A stretch of 64,000 nucleotides of DNA from Muribaculaceae bacterium. GTDB lineage: Bacteria > Bacteroidota > Bacteroidia > Bacteroidales > Muribaculaceae. The notes beneath the pieces are model-generated. The model had not been told where the DNA came from. It ran no database searches and saw only the letters and a list, made by a program, of their open reading frames with translations. Of the stretch, positions 1 through 9,633 are shown one piece after another. The stretch covers positions 23,947 through 87,946 of the forward strand of contig JAIEAO010000002.1 in assembly GCA_029071345.1 (NCBI GenBank), written 5' to 3'. The translations under genes were made by a program, and so were the position numbers. The first letter of the stretch is position 1. Each line of letters starts with the position of its first letter.

Positions 1-1
1 A

Positions 2-406
2 GGTTCCGCCGGAAGAGCCGATGTGTGGATCAACAAATATAACGCAACAATCCTGCCGGCTCAGGCATACACCCCGACCACCGATCACCTCACCAAACCG
101 TGGTCGTGGGAGAACCGCGACGGCGAATGGTCGCGACTCGGCGGTAATGCCACGAATGCAACTGAAAACTTCTTCCACGTGAGGAATATGGATTACATCC
201 GTCTGAAAAATATACAGATCGGTTACACGTTCCCTAAAAAGTGGACAATGAAATGTGCCTGCCAGAGCCTGAGAATCTATTTCAGTGCCGACAACCTCTG
301 CACACTCACCAAATATGAAGGTCTCGACCCCGAGAAACCTGCCGGTTCGGGCGACCTTTATCCGACAACCCGTACATTCACCGTTGGTGCTAACATCAGT
401 TTCTAA
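2..406 (+). CDS. susC: SusC/RagA TonB-dependent transporter, C-terminal part (truncated by window edge)
   Basis: YIRLKNIQIGYT, SLRIYFSADNL and YPTTRTFTVGANISF with terminal Phe; lies directly upstream of SusD. Confidence 0.93.
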   Translation, partial: GSAGRADVWINKYNATILPAQAYTPTTDHLTKPWSWENRDGEWSRLGGNATNATENFFHVRNMDYIRLKNIQIGYTFPKKWTMKCACQSLRIYFSADNLCTLTKYEGLDPEKPAGSGDLYPTTRTFTVGANISF

Positions 407-417
407 AAAAGACGAAA

Positions 418-2349
418 ATGAAAAAGATATATTTATTGGGATTGGCAATGACGGCCGTATCGGCCATGACATGTCTGACTTCTTGTCATGACGACCTCCT
501 GAATCAGGAACCTACCGACTCCCTTTCAAAAGATAAATACTGGAAAAATGAATCTGACGCCACCTCGGCTTTGGCCGGAGTGATGTCGGATACCCGATAC
601 CTCTTTAACCGCGACTATTATCTCGACGGCATGAGCGAATATGTGAAGATGCGAGGAAATTCGTTCTTGAACAATAACGGCAACAACGGACGTGCCTACA
701 TGGGTCGCTGGGATTATCTTCCCTGGGGCTATGGCGGTTACTTTGAAAATATGTTCAAGTATTGTTACGGTGCCATCGACCATGCCAACTATACCATAGA
801 GAATGTAGAGGAGATGCTCGCCCGCTCCACTCAGCAGAAAGAGAAGGAGAACCTGAAGACCATCATCGCCGAGTGCAAGCTCCTCCGCGCATTGGTATAT
901 TTCCGTCTCATCACATGGTGGGGTGATGTGCCTTACATCGATTGGAATGTGAAGAGCAATGCAGAGGTGGAATCAATCACGCGCACTCCGATTGCTACAA
1001 TCTATGCCAACCTGATTTCCGACCTGAATGAAGTCGAGGAGCAGCTGCCGGCCAAAGCCACAGTGCTTGGGCGCTACAGCAAACCTGCTGCCATCGCCCT
1101 TCGCGGTAAGATCAACCTCTATTGGGCTTCATGGAATCATTTCGGCTGGCCCGAGCTTGACACTTTTACCCCCGATGAGGGTGAGGCTCGCCGTGCATAC
1201 GCCGCTGCAAAGAGCGATTTCGGTCGCGTGATCAATGATTTCGGTCTCGACCTCTTCCGTGGTGGCGAACCCGGTGAATGTGACGGTCCGGCTGAGATGT
1301 GGCCCGAAGGCACCGTGATCGATGGCGTGAACCTTTCCGGCAAGATTAAGGAGTTCGGCGGTGCCGACAAACTTCCCAATTATTATTATCTCTTCCTCCC
1401 GACAGCCAACGGCGATTCAGAGTTTGTGTTCTCATTCCAGCATGGCGGCACAGGCACCAGCCAGGGTGAACAGCTTATGCGCGACATGGCGGGCAGAACC
1501 GTGCAGTATTCACAGTCATGGGTGAATCCGCGTTGCAATATCGTTGACCGCTATCAGAGCACCGAGACAGGTGATTTCTGTCCGCCGATCCAGCTGATGA
1601 GCCCCAGCACCAAGGCTGTGAACATCCCCAACAGCTCTCTCAACCCGCAGACCTACGCCAACCGCGACTACCGCATGAAATCCTCAATCATGTGGAACTA
1701 CGAGCAGCAGATGGGTATGATGGCCTTGAAGGAGACCGGCTACACTCAGTATGAGTATAAGAACTGGGAGGGTCCCATCTCCACATTCTCTGTTGATGCC
1801 AACGGCAAAGTGGAGGAACATAAATACACTTCCTATAATGTCCTCTCAACCACAGGTTATGTCTTCCGTAAATTCGTCCGCAATTATGCCGGTGAAGACC
1901 GCTCAAGCGGTGAATTCAACTGGCCTGTGATCCGCCTTGCAGATGTCTTCCTCATGTATGCCGAGGCCGACAATGAGCTCAACGGTCCGACGCCTGAGAG
2001 TATCGCATTGGTCAACCGCATCCGTCATCGCGGAAACCTTCCCGCCCTTGCTCCTGATAAATGCAGCAATCACGACAACTTCTTCGACGCTATCGAACAG
2101 GAGCGTATCGTGGAACTCTTAGCTGAAGGTCACCGCACATGGGACCTCCGCCGCTGGCGCCGTCTCGAGCATGTCTACGGCGGCATCGGAGCTACGGGCT
2201 ATAAATGGTATGACGCTTTCGGAGCATTGGAGAATGAATATTGGGTGAACTCACCCTCGCTCCACTACGAACAGTGCTACATCTTCCAGATTCCCGAATC
2301 AGAGCGTAACCGCAATCCGAACATGACCCAGAACAAACCCTGGCGCTAA
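418..2349 (+). CDS. susD: SusD/RagB nutrient-binding lipoprotein
   Basis: Lipobox LTSC; LRALVYFRL..WGDVP, IRLADVFLMYAEA, ERIVELLAEGHR.WDLRRW, C-terminal QNKPW. Confidence 0.95.
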   Translation: MKKIYLLGLAMTAVSAMTCLTSCHDDLLNQEPTDSLSKDKYWKNESDATSALAGVMSDTRYLFNRDYYLDGMSEYVKMRGNSFLNNNGNNGRAYMGRWDYLPWGYGGYFENMFKYCYGAIDHANYTIENVEEMLARSTQQKEKENLKTIIAECKLLRALVYFRLITWWGDVPYIDWNVKSNAEVESITRTPIATIYANLISDLNEVEEQLPAKATVLGRYSKPAAIALRGKINLYWASWNHFGWPELDTFTPDEGEARRAYAAAKSDFGRVINDFGLDLFRGGEPGECDGPAEMWPEGTVIDGVNLSGKIKEFGGADKLPNYYYLFLPTANGDSEFVFSFQHGGTGTSQGEQLMRDMAGRTVQYSQSWVNPRCNIVDRYQSTETGDFCPPIQLMSPSTKAVNIPNSSLNPQTYANRDYRMKSSIMWNYEQQMGMMALKETGYTQYEYKNWEGPISTFSVDANGKVEEHKYTSYNVLSTTGYVFRKFVRNYAGEDRSSGEFNWPVIRLADVFLMYAEADNELNGPTPESIALVNRIRHRGNLPALAPDKCSNHDNFFDAIEQERIVELLAEGHRTWDLRRWRRLEHVYGGIGATGYKWYDAFGALENEYWVNSPSLHYEQCYIFQIPESERNRNPNMTQNKPWR

Positions 2350-2352
2350 TTT

Positions 2353-2446
<94 letters not shown>

Positions 2447-2496
2447 ATTCAGACTGTGTTGAGGGCGCAAGCCCGAAATAAAAAATCTCAACTAAA

Positions 2497-2913
2497 ATGA
2501 AAACCAAGATATTCAAATTTTTAATGGTAATCTTCTGCGCATTGGCTGTGACTTCATGCGTGAACAACACCATCGATGAAGACGGTCTGCTCATCACCGA
2601 CCGCGACGAATGCTATGTGAGCAACTTCGACCTTACCGGCACCGACCACCTGACAGTGCGTGTCGGAGATGCCCGAATCGACAACGAGGCGTGCACAATC
2701 CATGTGACTGTGGCTTACGGCACTGACCTCCACAATCTTTACCCGAAATTCTCGTTGGTGACAGATGCTAAGTTAGAGCCGAAGATCACAGGGATCACCG
2801 ATTTCTCCGACCTTGACAATCCGCGCCAGTACACCGTGGTGTCAGGCAGCCGCAAAGTCCGCAAAACCTATACAATTTACATAACCGTTCAAGAACGCAA
2901 CTCAAACAAATGA
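2497..2913 (+). CDS. PUL lipoprotein, DUF5018-like Ig fold
   Basis: Lipobox VTSC; DFSD..NPRQYTVVSG.....KTYTI motif; follows susD. Confidence 0.7.
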   Translation: MKTKIFKFLMVIFCALAVTSCVNNTIDEDGLLITDRDECYVSNFDLTGTDHLTVRVGDARIDNEACTIHVTVAYGTDLHNLYPKFSLVTDAKLEPKITGITDFSDLDNPRQYTVVSGSRKVRKTYTIYITVQERNSNK

Positions 2914-3884
2914 AAAAGCTGATATATACATTGCTGATATCCTCGCTTCTTCTTCCGATGGTGTCATGCAGCAAAGATGACGACGGTATCCTCCCGATCA
3001 ACAACAAATGCCTTAAGCGTACGCTTGGTCCGAACGTCGTAGGGAATGAGATCTATTTCGTGTATGCGATGGCAGTGCCCTATAATACAGTAAAACTCAC
3101 GGAGTGCACCGTGGAGGCATCGATCCCCGGCGCAAACGGCACATGGCTCGAGCATAATTCCTATTATACCAACTCTTCTGGTTTTGATGTGCCTGTGCCT
3201 GTAGGGCAGCCTTCTGTCACCGACGGCAAGCTCACCACAGTCAAATTCAATGTCGACACTTGCGCCGCAGCGCTGAGATATTATTACCGCATCCCGGAGG
3301 AGGCGCGTGGCAAGACAGTTTCATTCAATTTCTCAGCTGTGGCTTCCGATGGCAGAAAGATTTCCAAGAGCATGGGTCCTTACACCATCAGCAAGCAGTA
3401 TATGACTAAAAACCTCACCCTGAGCCGTGCAGCCTGCTACATCTCTATCGAGGATATGGCGGTCTACAATTTGGAGGAGGCCAAGAAGATTCCCGAGAAG
3501 ATCGATTTGGTTTATCTCTGGCGCAACAAAATCAGCGAGGGTGTGGAATTCGGTCACACTTTTGCATCGCCGGCAGCCGACCGCGAATGGCTCGACGATC
3601 TTGAGGTGCCCGAGAGCATGAACCGCGACGTGCGCCTCCGCAAAGAGTGGGGTATCATCGACGGTCATCTGAGCGACGAACCAGACAACGGCACATATAT
3701 CGACGACATAGATTTCGAGACAATCCGACTTGAAGGTATGCCCAACTATGCTGTCAACATGAAGGTGAAGGGTGGCATGTGGATCGAGACTGCCGACGGT
3801 CGTTACCGTGCTTACATCTACATCAACAACCTCAAGGCCACCTCGGGTGGAACAATAAGCATCAAGCGATATAACATGTTTTAA
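2910..3884 (+). CDS. PUL lipoprotein (DUF4466-like, candidate surface glycan-binding protein)
   Basis: Lipobox MVSC; start overlaps upstream gene; PUL position. Confidence 0.65.
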   Translation: MKKLIYTLLISSLLLPMVSCSKDDDGILPINNKCLKRTLGPNVVGNEIYFVYAMAVPYNTVKLTECTVEASIPGANGTWLEHNSYYTNSSGFDVPVPVGQPSVTDGKLTTVKFNVDTCAAALRYYYRIPEEARGKTVSFNFSAVASDGRKISKSMGPYTISKQYMTKNLTLSRAACYISIEDMAVYNLEEAKKIPEKIDLVYLWRNKISEGVEFGHTFASPAADREWLDDLEVPESMNRDVRLRKEWGIIDGHLSDEPDNGTYIDDIDFETIRLEGMPNYAVNMKVKGGMWIETADGRYRAYIYINNLKATSGGTISIKRYNMF

Positions 3885-3914
3885 TTTCGATAGAAAACTA
3901 TAGTAAAAAGTATT

Positions 3915-3972
3915 TTGTTGCAGAGTATTGCGGAATTGTTGCATCATTTATTAATGATTGTCGCTAAACTTG
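3915..3972 (+). promoter_or_regulatory. Putative operator (TTGTTGCA x2, 21-bp period) and -7-like promoter box
   Basis: TTGTTGCA at 3915-3922 and 3936-3943; TAAACTTG at 3965-3972, one mismatch to Bacteroidetes TAnnTTTG. Confidence 0.5.
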
Positions 3973-4048
3973 CACTTGAAAAAGTCGCAGTTCTACCGCA
4001 TAACTTTAAAACGAAATACTTTTTTATTAACTCAATAATGACTTTTTT

Positions 4049-7000
4049 ATGAAATTAAAAAATGTTTTGTTGGCTTTAGGTGTGACGACCATGTCGGCGA
4101 TGGCTTTCGCCGCCGCTCCGACCACATCCGCCCCTGTGCCGACAGTGGATCCCGATCAGGTGAAGTCGGCATTCAGTGATGCCTACACCCAGTTTGCGAA
4201 ATGGGATTATCTGACGTATGGAAATGCGTTGGGCCAGACCGTGACAATCAACGGCAACGACAATGTCGCATGGTTCTCCCCCGGAGGATGGGGCGGCGTC
4301 GGAGTCGGCAGCCGTAATGTGGCGGATATGGAATATCTTCACCTTGATGTGTATTCCGGCGGTATCGCCAGCATCCGCGTAGGGTTCGCAACCTGGAGCG
4401 GCGGCGAGAAATATGCGGAGAATTATGTGACCGATACACCCGAAGGTAAATGGACCTCGATAGACATTCCGTTGACTGCTTTCGGAGGGTATAATTTCGC
4501 CGATATGCAGGTGATGCGCTTCACGGTTTCAGGAAGCGGAGATTACACCATCGACAACGTCTATTTCTACACTACCAAGAAACCTGACGATACTCTCCCC
4601 AAAAAGACAGCACCCAAACCTCTTGTGGATGTCTCTCTCGTGGGCTCATGCTATAGCGATGCCTACCAACCGACATTCAATTTCAACGGCTACAACAACA
4701 ACGGCTGTATCATCACATCTAAAGAGATTGCTGAGGGTGAGCACGTGCTTGAGGTGAAGGATTTCCGTTGGGCTCATTTCGCTCTCGGAGAGGTGGCAGG
4801 TGAATCAACCGTGGACCTTTCGGGTTACGACCGCGTGCACTTCGATGTCTATGTTCCGGCTGGGAATGTAACCGCAAGCATCCAGCCCGGTATGTATAAT
4901 GTAAGCTCCAAAAAGGAGGCATTCTCCGGCGCCCAGACCCTCAAGCCGGGTGAATGGATCAGTGTTGACCTCAAGATGCAGGATTTTAAAAATGTTGGCC
5001 TGACAGCTGTCAATAACATCACATTCAAGGATCCAGCCAACAAGACTGGTCTTGTATATCTCGACAATATTTTCTTCTATAAAGGTGACGAGGTTAAACC
5101 GGGTGACGGTGAAATCATCGGTGGCGACACATTCTCAATCCTTCCCGCTCCGCGTCCTGAAAACGCAGCCTCGACTGTCAAGTCTATCTATTCCGACGCT
5201 TATATTCCTGCCGGCTCAATCACATTCGATGGCGGCAACGGTGGTCTCCAGTTCGAGGAGATTGACGTCAAGGGTGATAAGATGTATAAGATGAGCGGAT
5301 TCAACTATGTGAAGTTCCCCATCGGCACCGTCGATGTGAGCGATATGGAATATTTGCATTTCGACGTTGCTGTGCCTAACCAGAATGCCGGCAAACCGAT
5401 TCCGAAGATTATGCCCGTGCTTGTCAACGGCTCGACTTCGAAATATACAGGCGACTATGCGCTGACCCCCGGCAAATGGACCAGCATCAACGTGAAGGTG
5501 GCTGATTTCACCGCCAAAGGTCTTGACGCTTCCAAACTCACCGAAATCCGTTTCAAACATAACGGTTCGGCTTCTGACGACGGCGATGTAATCATCGACA
5601 ACATCTATTTCGCTAAAGAGGCTGGCGCAACCGGCTCGATCGACAATGAATGGGGCGTTCCCTCTTCAGGCGAAAATCCCGATCCCGATCCCGGTAAAGA
5701 TGAAGTTCCCGTGGCTCCCAAGCCCACACACGATGCAGTTGATGTAAAAGCATTCTTCTCGGATGCCTACACACTTACAGGAAAATTTGAGATTCCTACT
5801 AACTCTGAATATGACAAGAACGGCCTTATCGAAATCATCAAGCACGAAAACGGCGAGGAGGTTGCGAAGATCACTAACCTTAACTGGCGAGTTGTAAACC
5901 TCGGACAGCGCGACGTATCAGACAAGGGTTACCTCCATGTGGACTACTATGCACCCGTAGAGAACGGCGTTCAGAGCGTTTGCATCAATCTCACCAACTG
6001 GGATACAAAGAACGGTTCGGCGTTCGAACTCGATGGCGACAATCAGAACTACCGCACTGTGAAGCCCGGCGAATGGGTGTCTTACGATATCCCCTTGAAC
6101 AAATTCCACAGCTCAGACCCCTCTAAAGAATTCGATTTCGCCAAGGATATGGCTTGCGTACGTTTCTATGCAGGTGACGGCAGCCGTGGCAAGACTCTTT
6201 ACGTCGACAACTTCTATTTCTGGGGAAAACCTCAGGAGGGTGGCGATGACGACGACAAGGATAAATACCAGCCCATCCAGGACAGCTCTGACGGTGAACT
6301 TCCTCCGATGGATACTCCGATGCTCGGCGTAAACCTTTCTTCAGCATCCGGCGGCACAGTTCCCGGCACTTTAGGCACCCACTATATGTATCCCCGTTTC
6401 GAGGACCTCTATTACTTCAAGGCCAAAGGTGTACGTTTCATCCGCTTCCCATTCCGCGCAGCTCGTGTGGCTGAGGATATCACCAATCCCACGCAGCTCG
6501 ACACTCAGGACCTCAATGCTCTCAAGGCTGTTGTAGCCGAGGCTGAACGTCTTGGAATGTGGGTGTTCCTTGATGCTCATGACTATGCAGAGCGCACCAC
6601 CAACGGCACTCAGGATCTTCTCGGCAACGGTGAATACACTTACGAGCGCTTCGGAAAGATGTGGGGTGCAATCGCAGCCGAATTCGCACAGTATAAGAAC
6701 ATCTGGGGTTATGACCTCCAGAACGAGCCCAAGGTTTCTGCCAAAGTTCTTCTGAACGGTTATCAGGCTGCGATCGATGAGATCCGCAAGGTTGACACCA
6801 AAGCCAACATCATCATCGAGGCCACCAACTGGGCATCAGCCTACGAATGGATCTACGGCGACCGTCAGGACAAGCAGTATCCCGGCTATAGCACCGAGGT
6901 TGCATGGAGCTACAAGGAGAATTCACCCTGGCTTCTCGCAAATCTCGTTGACCCGCAGAACAAACTTGTTTTCGAGGCTCACGGATACTTCGATCAGGAC

Positions 7001-7483
7001 AATTCAGGCACATACACCAAAGGATTCTCAAACGTTGACTACCGCAAGCGCTTCCTTCCCTTCCTCGAATGGTGCTCTACCAACAATGCCAAGGGTCTGA
7101 TCGGTGAGTTCGGTGTTCCCTACAACGAGCACAGCACAGGCGATCCCCGCTACATGGATATCCTCGACGGTGCGCTCCAGCTCTTCCGCGACTACGGCAT
7201 GTACGCCACTTACTGGTGCGCCGGTGCAATGTACGAAGGCAACTCGCTTACCTGTCAGCCCGACAAGAGCCCGCTTTACGGCAACTACGCCAAGGAGAAA
7301 TCCACAATGGCAGTTCTTGAGAAATATTTCAACGATTGGGTCACAGCTCCTTCATCTTCAGTTACCGAGGTTGAAGAAACCGTTATTAACGACGGCAAGA
7401 TGTATAACCTGATGGGTATAGAGGTGAATGAGAACTATAAAGGTCTCGTCATCAAGAACGGTAAGAAATACTTAATCAAGTAA
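4049..7483 (+). CDS. Secreted multimodular GH5 endo-beta-glucanase: 4 tandem CBM-like repeats, GH5, short C-terminal sorting domain
   Basis: GH5 motifs GVNL, IRFPF, LDAHDY, LQNEP (acid/base), FEAHGYFD, IGEFG (nucleophile), TYW; four APxP..SDAY..LHxD..GxWxS..DNxxF repeats. Confidence 0.88.
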   Translation: MKLKNVLLALGVTTMSAMAFAAAPTTSAPVPTVDPDQVKSAFSDAYTQFAKWDYLTYGNALGQTVTINGNDNVAWFSPGGWGGVGVGSRNVADMEYLHLDVYSGGIASIRVGFATWSGGEKYAENYVTDTPEGKWTSIDIPLTAFGGYNFADMQVMRFTVSGSGDYTIDNVYFYTTKKPDDTLPKKTAPKPLVDVSLVGSCYSDAYQPTFNFNGYNNNGCIITSKEIAEGEHVLEVKDFRWAHFALGEVAGESTVDLSGYDRVHFDVYVPAGNVTASIQPGMYNVSSKKEAFSGAQTLKPGEWISVDLKMQDFKNVGLTAVNNITFKDPANKTGLVYLDNIFFYKGDEVKPGDGEIIGGDTFSILPAPRPENAASTVKSIYSDAYIPAGSITFDGGNGGLQFEEIDVKGDKMYKMSGFNYVKFPIGTVDVSDMEYLHFDVAVPNQNAGKPIPKIMPVLVNGSTSKYTGDYALTPGKWTSINVKVADFTAKGLDASKLTEIRFKHNGSASDDGDVIIDNIYFAKEAGATGSIDNEWGVPSSGENPDPDPGKDEVPVAPKPTHDAVDVKAFFSDAYTLTGKFEIPTNSEYDKNGLIEIIKHENGEEVAKITNLNWRVVNLGQRDVSDKGYLHVDYYAPVENGVQSVCINLTNWDTKNGSAFELDGDNQNYRTVKPGEWVSYDIPLNKFHSSDPSKEFDFAKDMACVRFYAGDGSRGKTLYVDNFYFWGKPQEGGDDDDKDKYQPIQDSSDGELPPMDTPMLGVNLSSASGGTVPGTLGTHYMYPRFEDLYYFKAKGVRFIRFPFRAARVAEDITNPTQLDTQDLNALKAVVAEAERLGMWVFLDAHDYAERTTNGTQDLLGNGEYTYERFGKMWGAIAAEFAQYKNIWGYDLQNEPKVSAKVLLNGYQAAIDEIRKVDTKANIIIEATNWASAYEWIYGDRQDKQYPGYSTEVAWSYKENSPWLLANLVDPQNKLVFEAHGYFDQDNSGTYTKGFSNVDYRKRFLPFLEWCSTNNAKGLIGEFGVPYNEHSTGDPRYMDILDGALQLFRDYGMYATYWCAGAMYEGNSLTCQPDKSPLYGNYAKEKSTMAVLEKYFNDWVTAPSSSVTEVEETVINDGKMYNLMGIEVNENYKGLVIKNGKKYLIK

Positions 7484-7508
7484 GAAGTAAAAAGTAATAA
7501 GTAATATG

Positions 7509-7538
7509 TTCTGCCGGGGCAGAAATGCTCCGGCAGAA
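7509..7538 (+). terminator. Intra-operon stem-loop (13 bp, GAAA loop)
   Basis: TTCTGCCGGGGCA-GAAA-TGCTCCGGCAGAA; no U-tract, so more likely an mRNA-stabilising or attenuating hairpin. Confidence 0.6.
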
Positions 7539-7552
7539 TCCACAACTCTTCC

Positions 7553-9601
7553 ATGAAAAAAGTCTTCTCGTCAATATTGATAGCAACTATATCGGTCTGC
7601 AGCTGCAACGCATCCTCATTAGAGGATATCCGTCAGGCTGTGCGCGGTGAATATATCGAGGTCAACCCCGGTTCGGACATATCCATGTTGGTTTCCACAA
7701 TGGATAAAGCCGGGAAATGGGGCGACATCAACTATAAGGATAAATCGCGTTCGCTGTGGCAGCTCGAAAAGCACCTCGACAGACTCGTCGATATGTCGGT
7801 CGCGTATGTCAAAGGAAACGCTTCGGATGCAAAGTTGCATGACGCGATCGTGAGAGGACTCAACCAATGGTTTGACGGGAAATATGAAAATCCCAACTGG
7901 TGGTACACCAAAATCGGAGTGCCCCGCAGAATGTTGAAACTCGCTTATATTCTCGACGGAAAGCTCCCCGAAGAATTGAAAGCCAAAATCGACCGATCGC
8001 TCGATGCCATCGATTCCGACGACTTCCCGGCACGCCCCGGTGGAGACCGAATTCAGGTATTGAGCAACCACGCCAAGGTGATGCTTTGGCGCAGAGACAA
8101 CAAAGGTGTCTCTGACATTTTGAAGAAAATTGAAGAGGAGGCCCGCATTGCCCCCTACGAAGAAACAATGTATGACGCCGGCGGCAATTTCGCCGTGCGT
8201 AATCAATACCGTCCTTCAGGACGCGGCGTTCAGCCGGATATGTCGTTCCACCATCGTGGCGACCGGGTGAACTCCACCCTTACTTACGGGCTTGAACTGC
8301 CCGAATATTTCAGCTATTGGGCTGAACTGCTCAAGGATAGCGACATGGCGTTTTCGTCCTCTGCCATCCATTTTATCATAGACTATTATCTTGACGGAGT
8401 GTGCCGGCATCTTGTGGCCGGACGCTACGCCGAGCCAAGCATAATGAACCGTGAACTTTCACGACCCGGCGCAGGTGAATTTACCCCCGAATTAGGGTTG
8501 TCGCTCCTCAAAATCTCCAACGGCTACCGTGAGGGGGAGCTTAAAAAGGCTGTGGCAAATTTTGAGAACAGATCGGCAAATGATTCCTACGCCAGATATT
8601 TCAGCGATTCAGATTATTTCACCTTCTCTCGCCCCGGATTCCAGAGCGCGGTCAGATTCCATTCCGAGTGCAACGCCAATCAGGAGGTGCCTCATAATAA
8701 CGAAGGTATCCGAAATCATTTCCGTGGCGACGGTGCCTGTATGCTTTCCGTCACAGGCAGGGAATATGCCGATATCGCCCCTCTCTTTGATTTCCGTATG
8801 ATTCCCGGCGCAACAACACCGATGCTTCCTTACGAACCTCTTTCAGACTGGGGATCGGTGCAGATCCTCGACTCTCCGATAAGTTTTGCGGGAGCAGTCA
8901 ATGATTCTGTTTATGGTGCGGTTGCGTTCGACTTCGAGAGTGAGCGCACCGACCTCAAAGCCCGCAAAGGTTATTTCTTTTTCGATGACGAATACGTTTG
9001 CCTCGGTAGCGGGATTAACTCTACCTCCGGCCATGAAATCGTAACCACCGTAGAGCAAAGTTGGTCGAAATCCAAAGATATGAAGCAGGGAGACGGATGG
9101 TTTGTGCATGACGGATCCACTTATCATATTTTGGAAGGTGATGCGAAGGGATTGGTGGAAAACCGTAAAGGGAAATGGAGCAACTGCGTGACAGATGTTG
9201 AATATGCCGACAGTGTCGCCGAAGGTAATGTCTTCTCCCTCGCCATCAGTCACGGCACAGCACCAAAGGATGGTAAATATGCCTATTCCGTGACGCCAAA
9301 TAATGAATCGGTAGTAGAACATACTTTCAAGATCATTGCGAACGAGGCGTCGCATCAGGCAGTGATGGCCAACGACGGATCGGTCTTATATATCATCTTC
9401 TATGAACCGGCGTCAGTGGCGACACCGTTAGGAGACTTTTCCGCAGATGAAAGCTGCATGATAATGGTGAAGAACGGCAAGGATATCTATGTTTCCAACC
9501 CCTCCCGCCGACACCAAAATTTGACAATACACACCCCGTGGGGGATAAAGCAGATAAAGATGGGTGAGGATAACCTTTCGGGTCTCACCAAGAGAATTTA
9601 A
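7553..9601 (+). CDS. Polysaccharide lyase family 8 (chondroitin AC/xanthan lyase family)
   Basis: NPNWWYTKIGVP, GVQPDMSFHHRG, TYG, IPGATT, KGYFFFDDEYVCLGSGI, ISHGTAP. Confidence 0.9.
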   Translation: MKKVFSSILIATISVCSCNASSLEDIRQAVRGEYIEVNPGSDISMLVSTMDKAGKWGDINYKDKSRSLWQLEKHLDRLVDMSVAYVKGNASDAKLHDAIVRGLNQWFDGKYENPNWWYTKIGVPRRMLKLAYILDGKLPEELKAKIDRSLDAIDSDDFPARPGGDRIQVLSNHAKVMLWRRDNKGVSDILKKIEEEARIAPYEETMYDAGGNFAVRNQYRPSGRGVQPDMSFHHRGDRVNSTLTYGLELPEYFSYWAELLKDSDMAFSSSAIHFIIDYYLDGVCRHLVAGRYAEPSIMNRELSRPGAGEFTPELGLSLLKISNGYREGELKKAVANFENRSANDSYARYFSDSDYFTFSRPGFQSAVRFHSECNANQEVPHNNEGIRNHFRGDGACMLSVTGREYADIAPLFDFRMIPGATTPMLPYEPLSDWGSVQILDSPISFAGAVNDSVYGAVAFDFESERTDLKARKGYFFFDDEYVCLGSGINSTSGHEIVTTVEQSWSKSKDMKQGDGWFVHDGSTYHILEGDAKGLVENRKGKWSNCVTDVEYADSVAEGNVFSLAISHGTAPKDGKYAYSVTPNNESVVEHTFKIIANEASHQAVMANDGSVLYIIFYEPASVATPLGDFSADESCMIMVKNGKDIYVSNPSRRHQNLTIHTPWGIKQIKMGEDNLSGLTKRI

Positions 9602-9633
9602 AAACTTAAGGTAAAGAAAAAAGTTTAGGTAAA

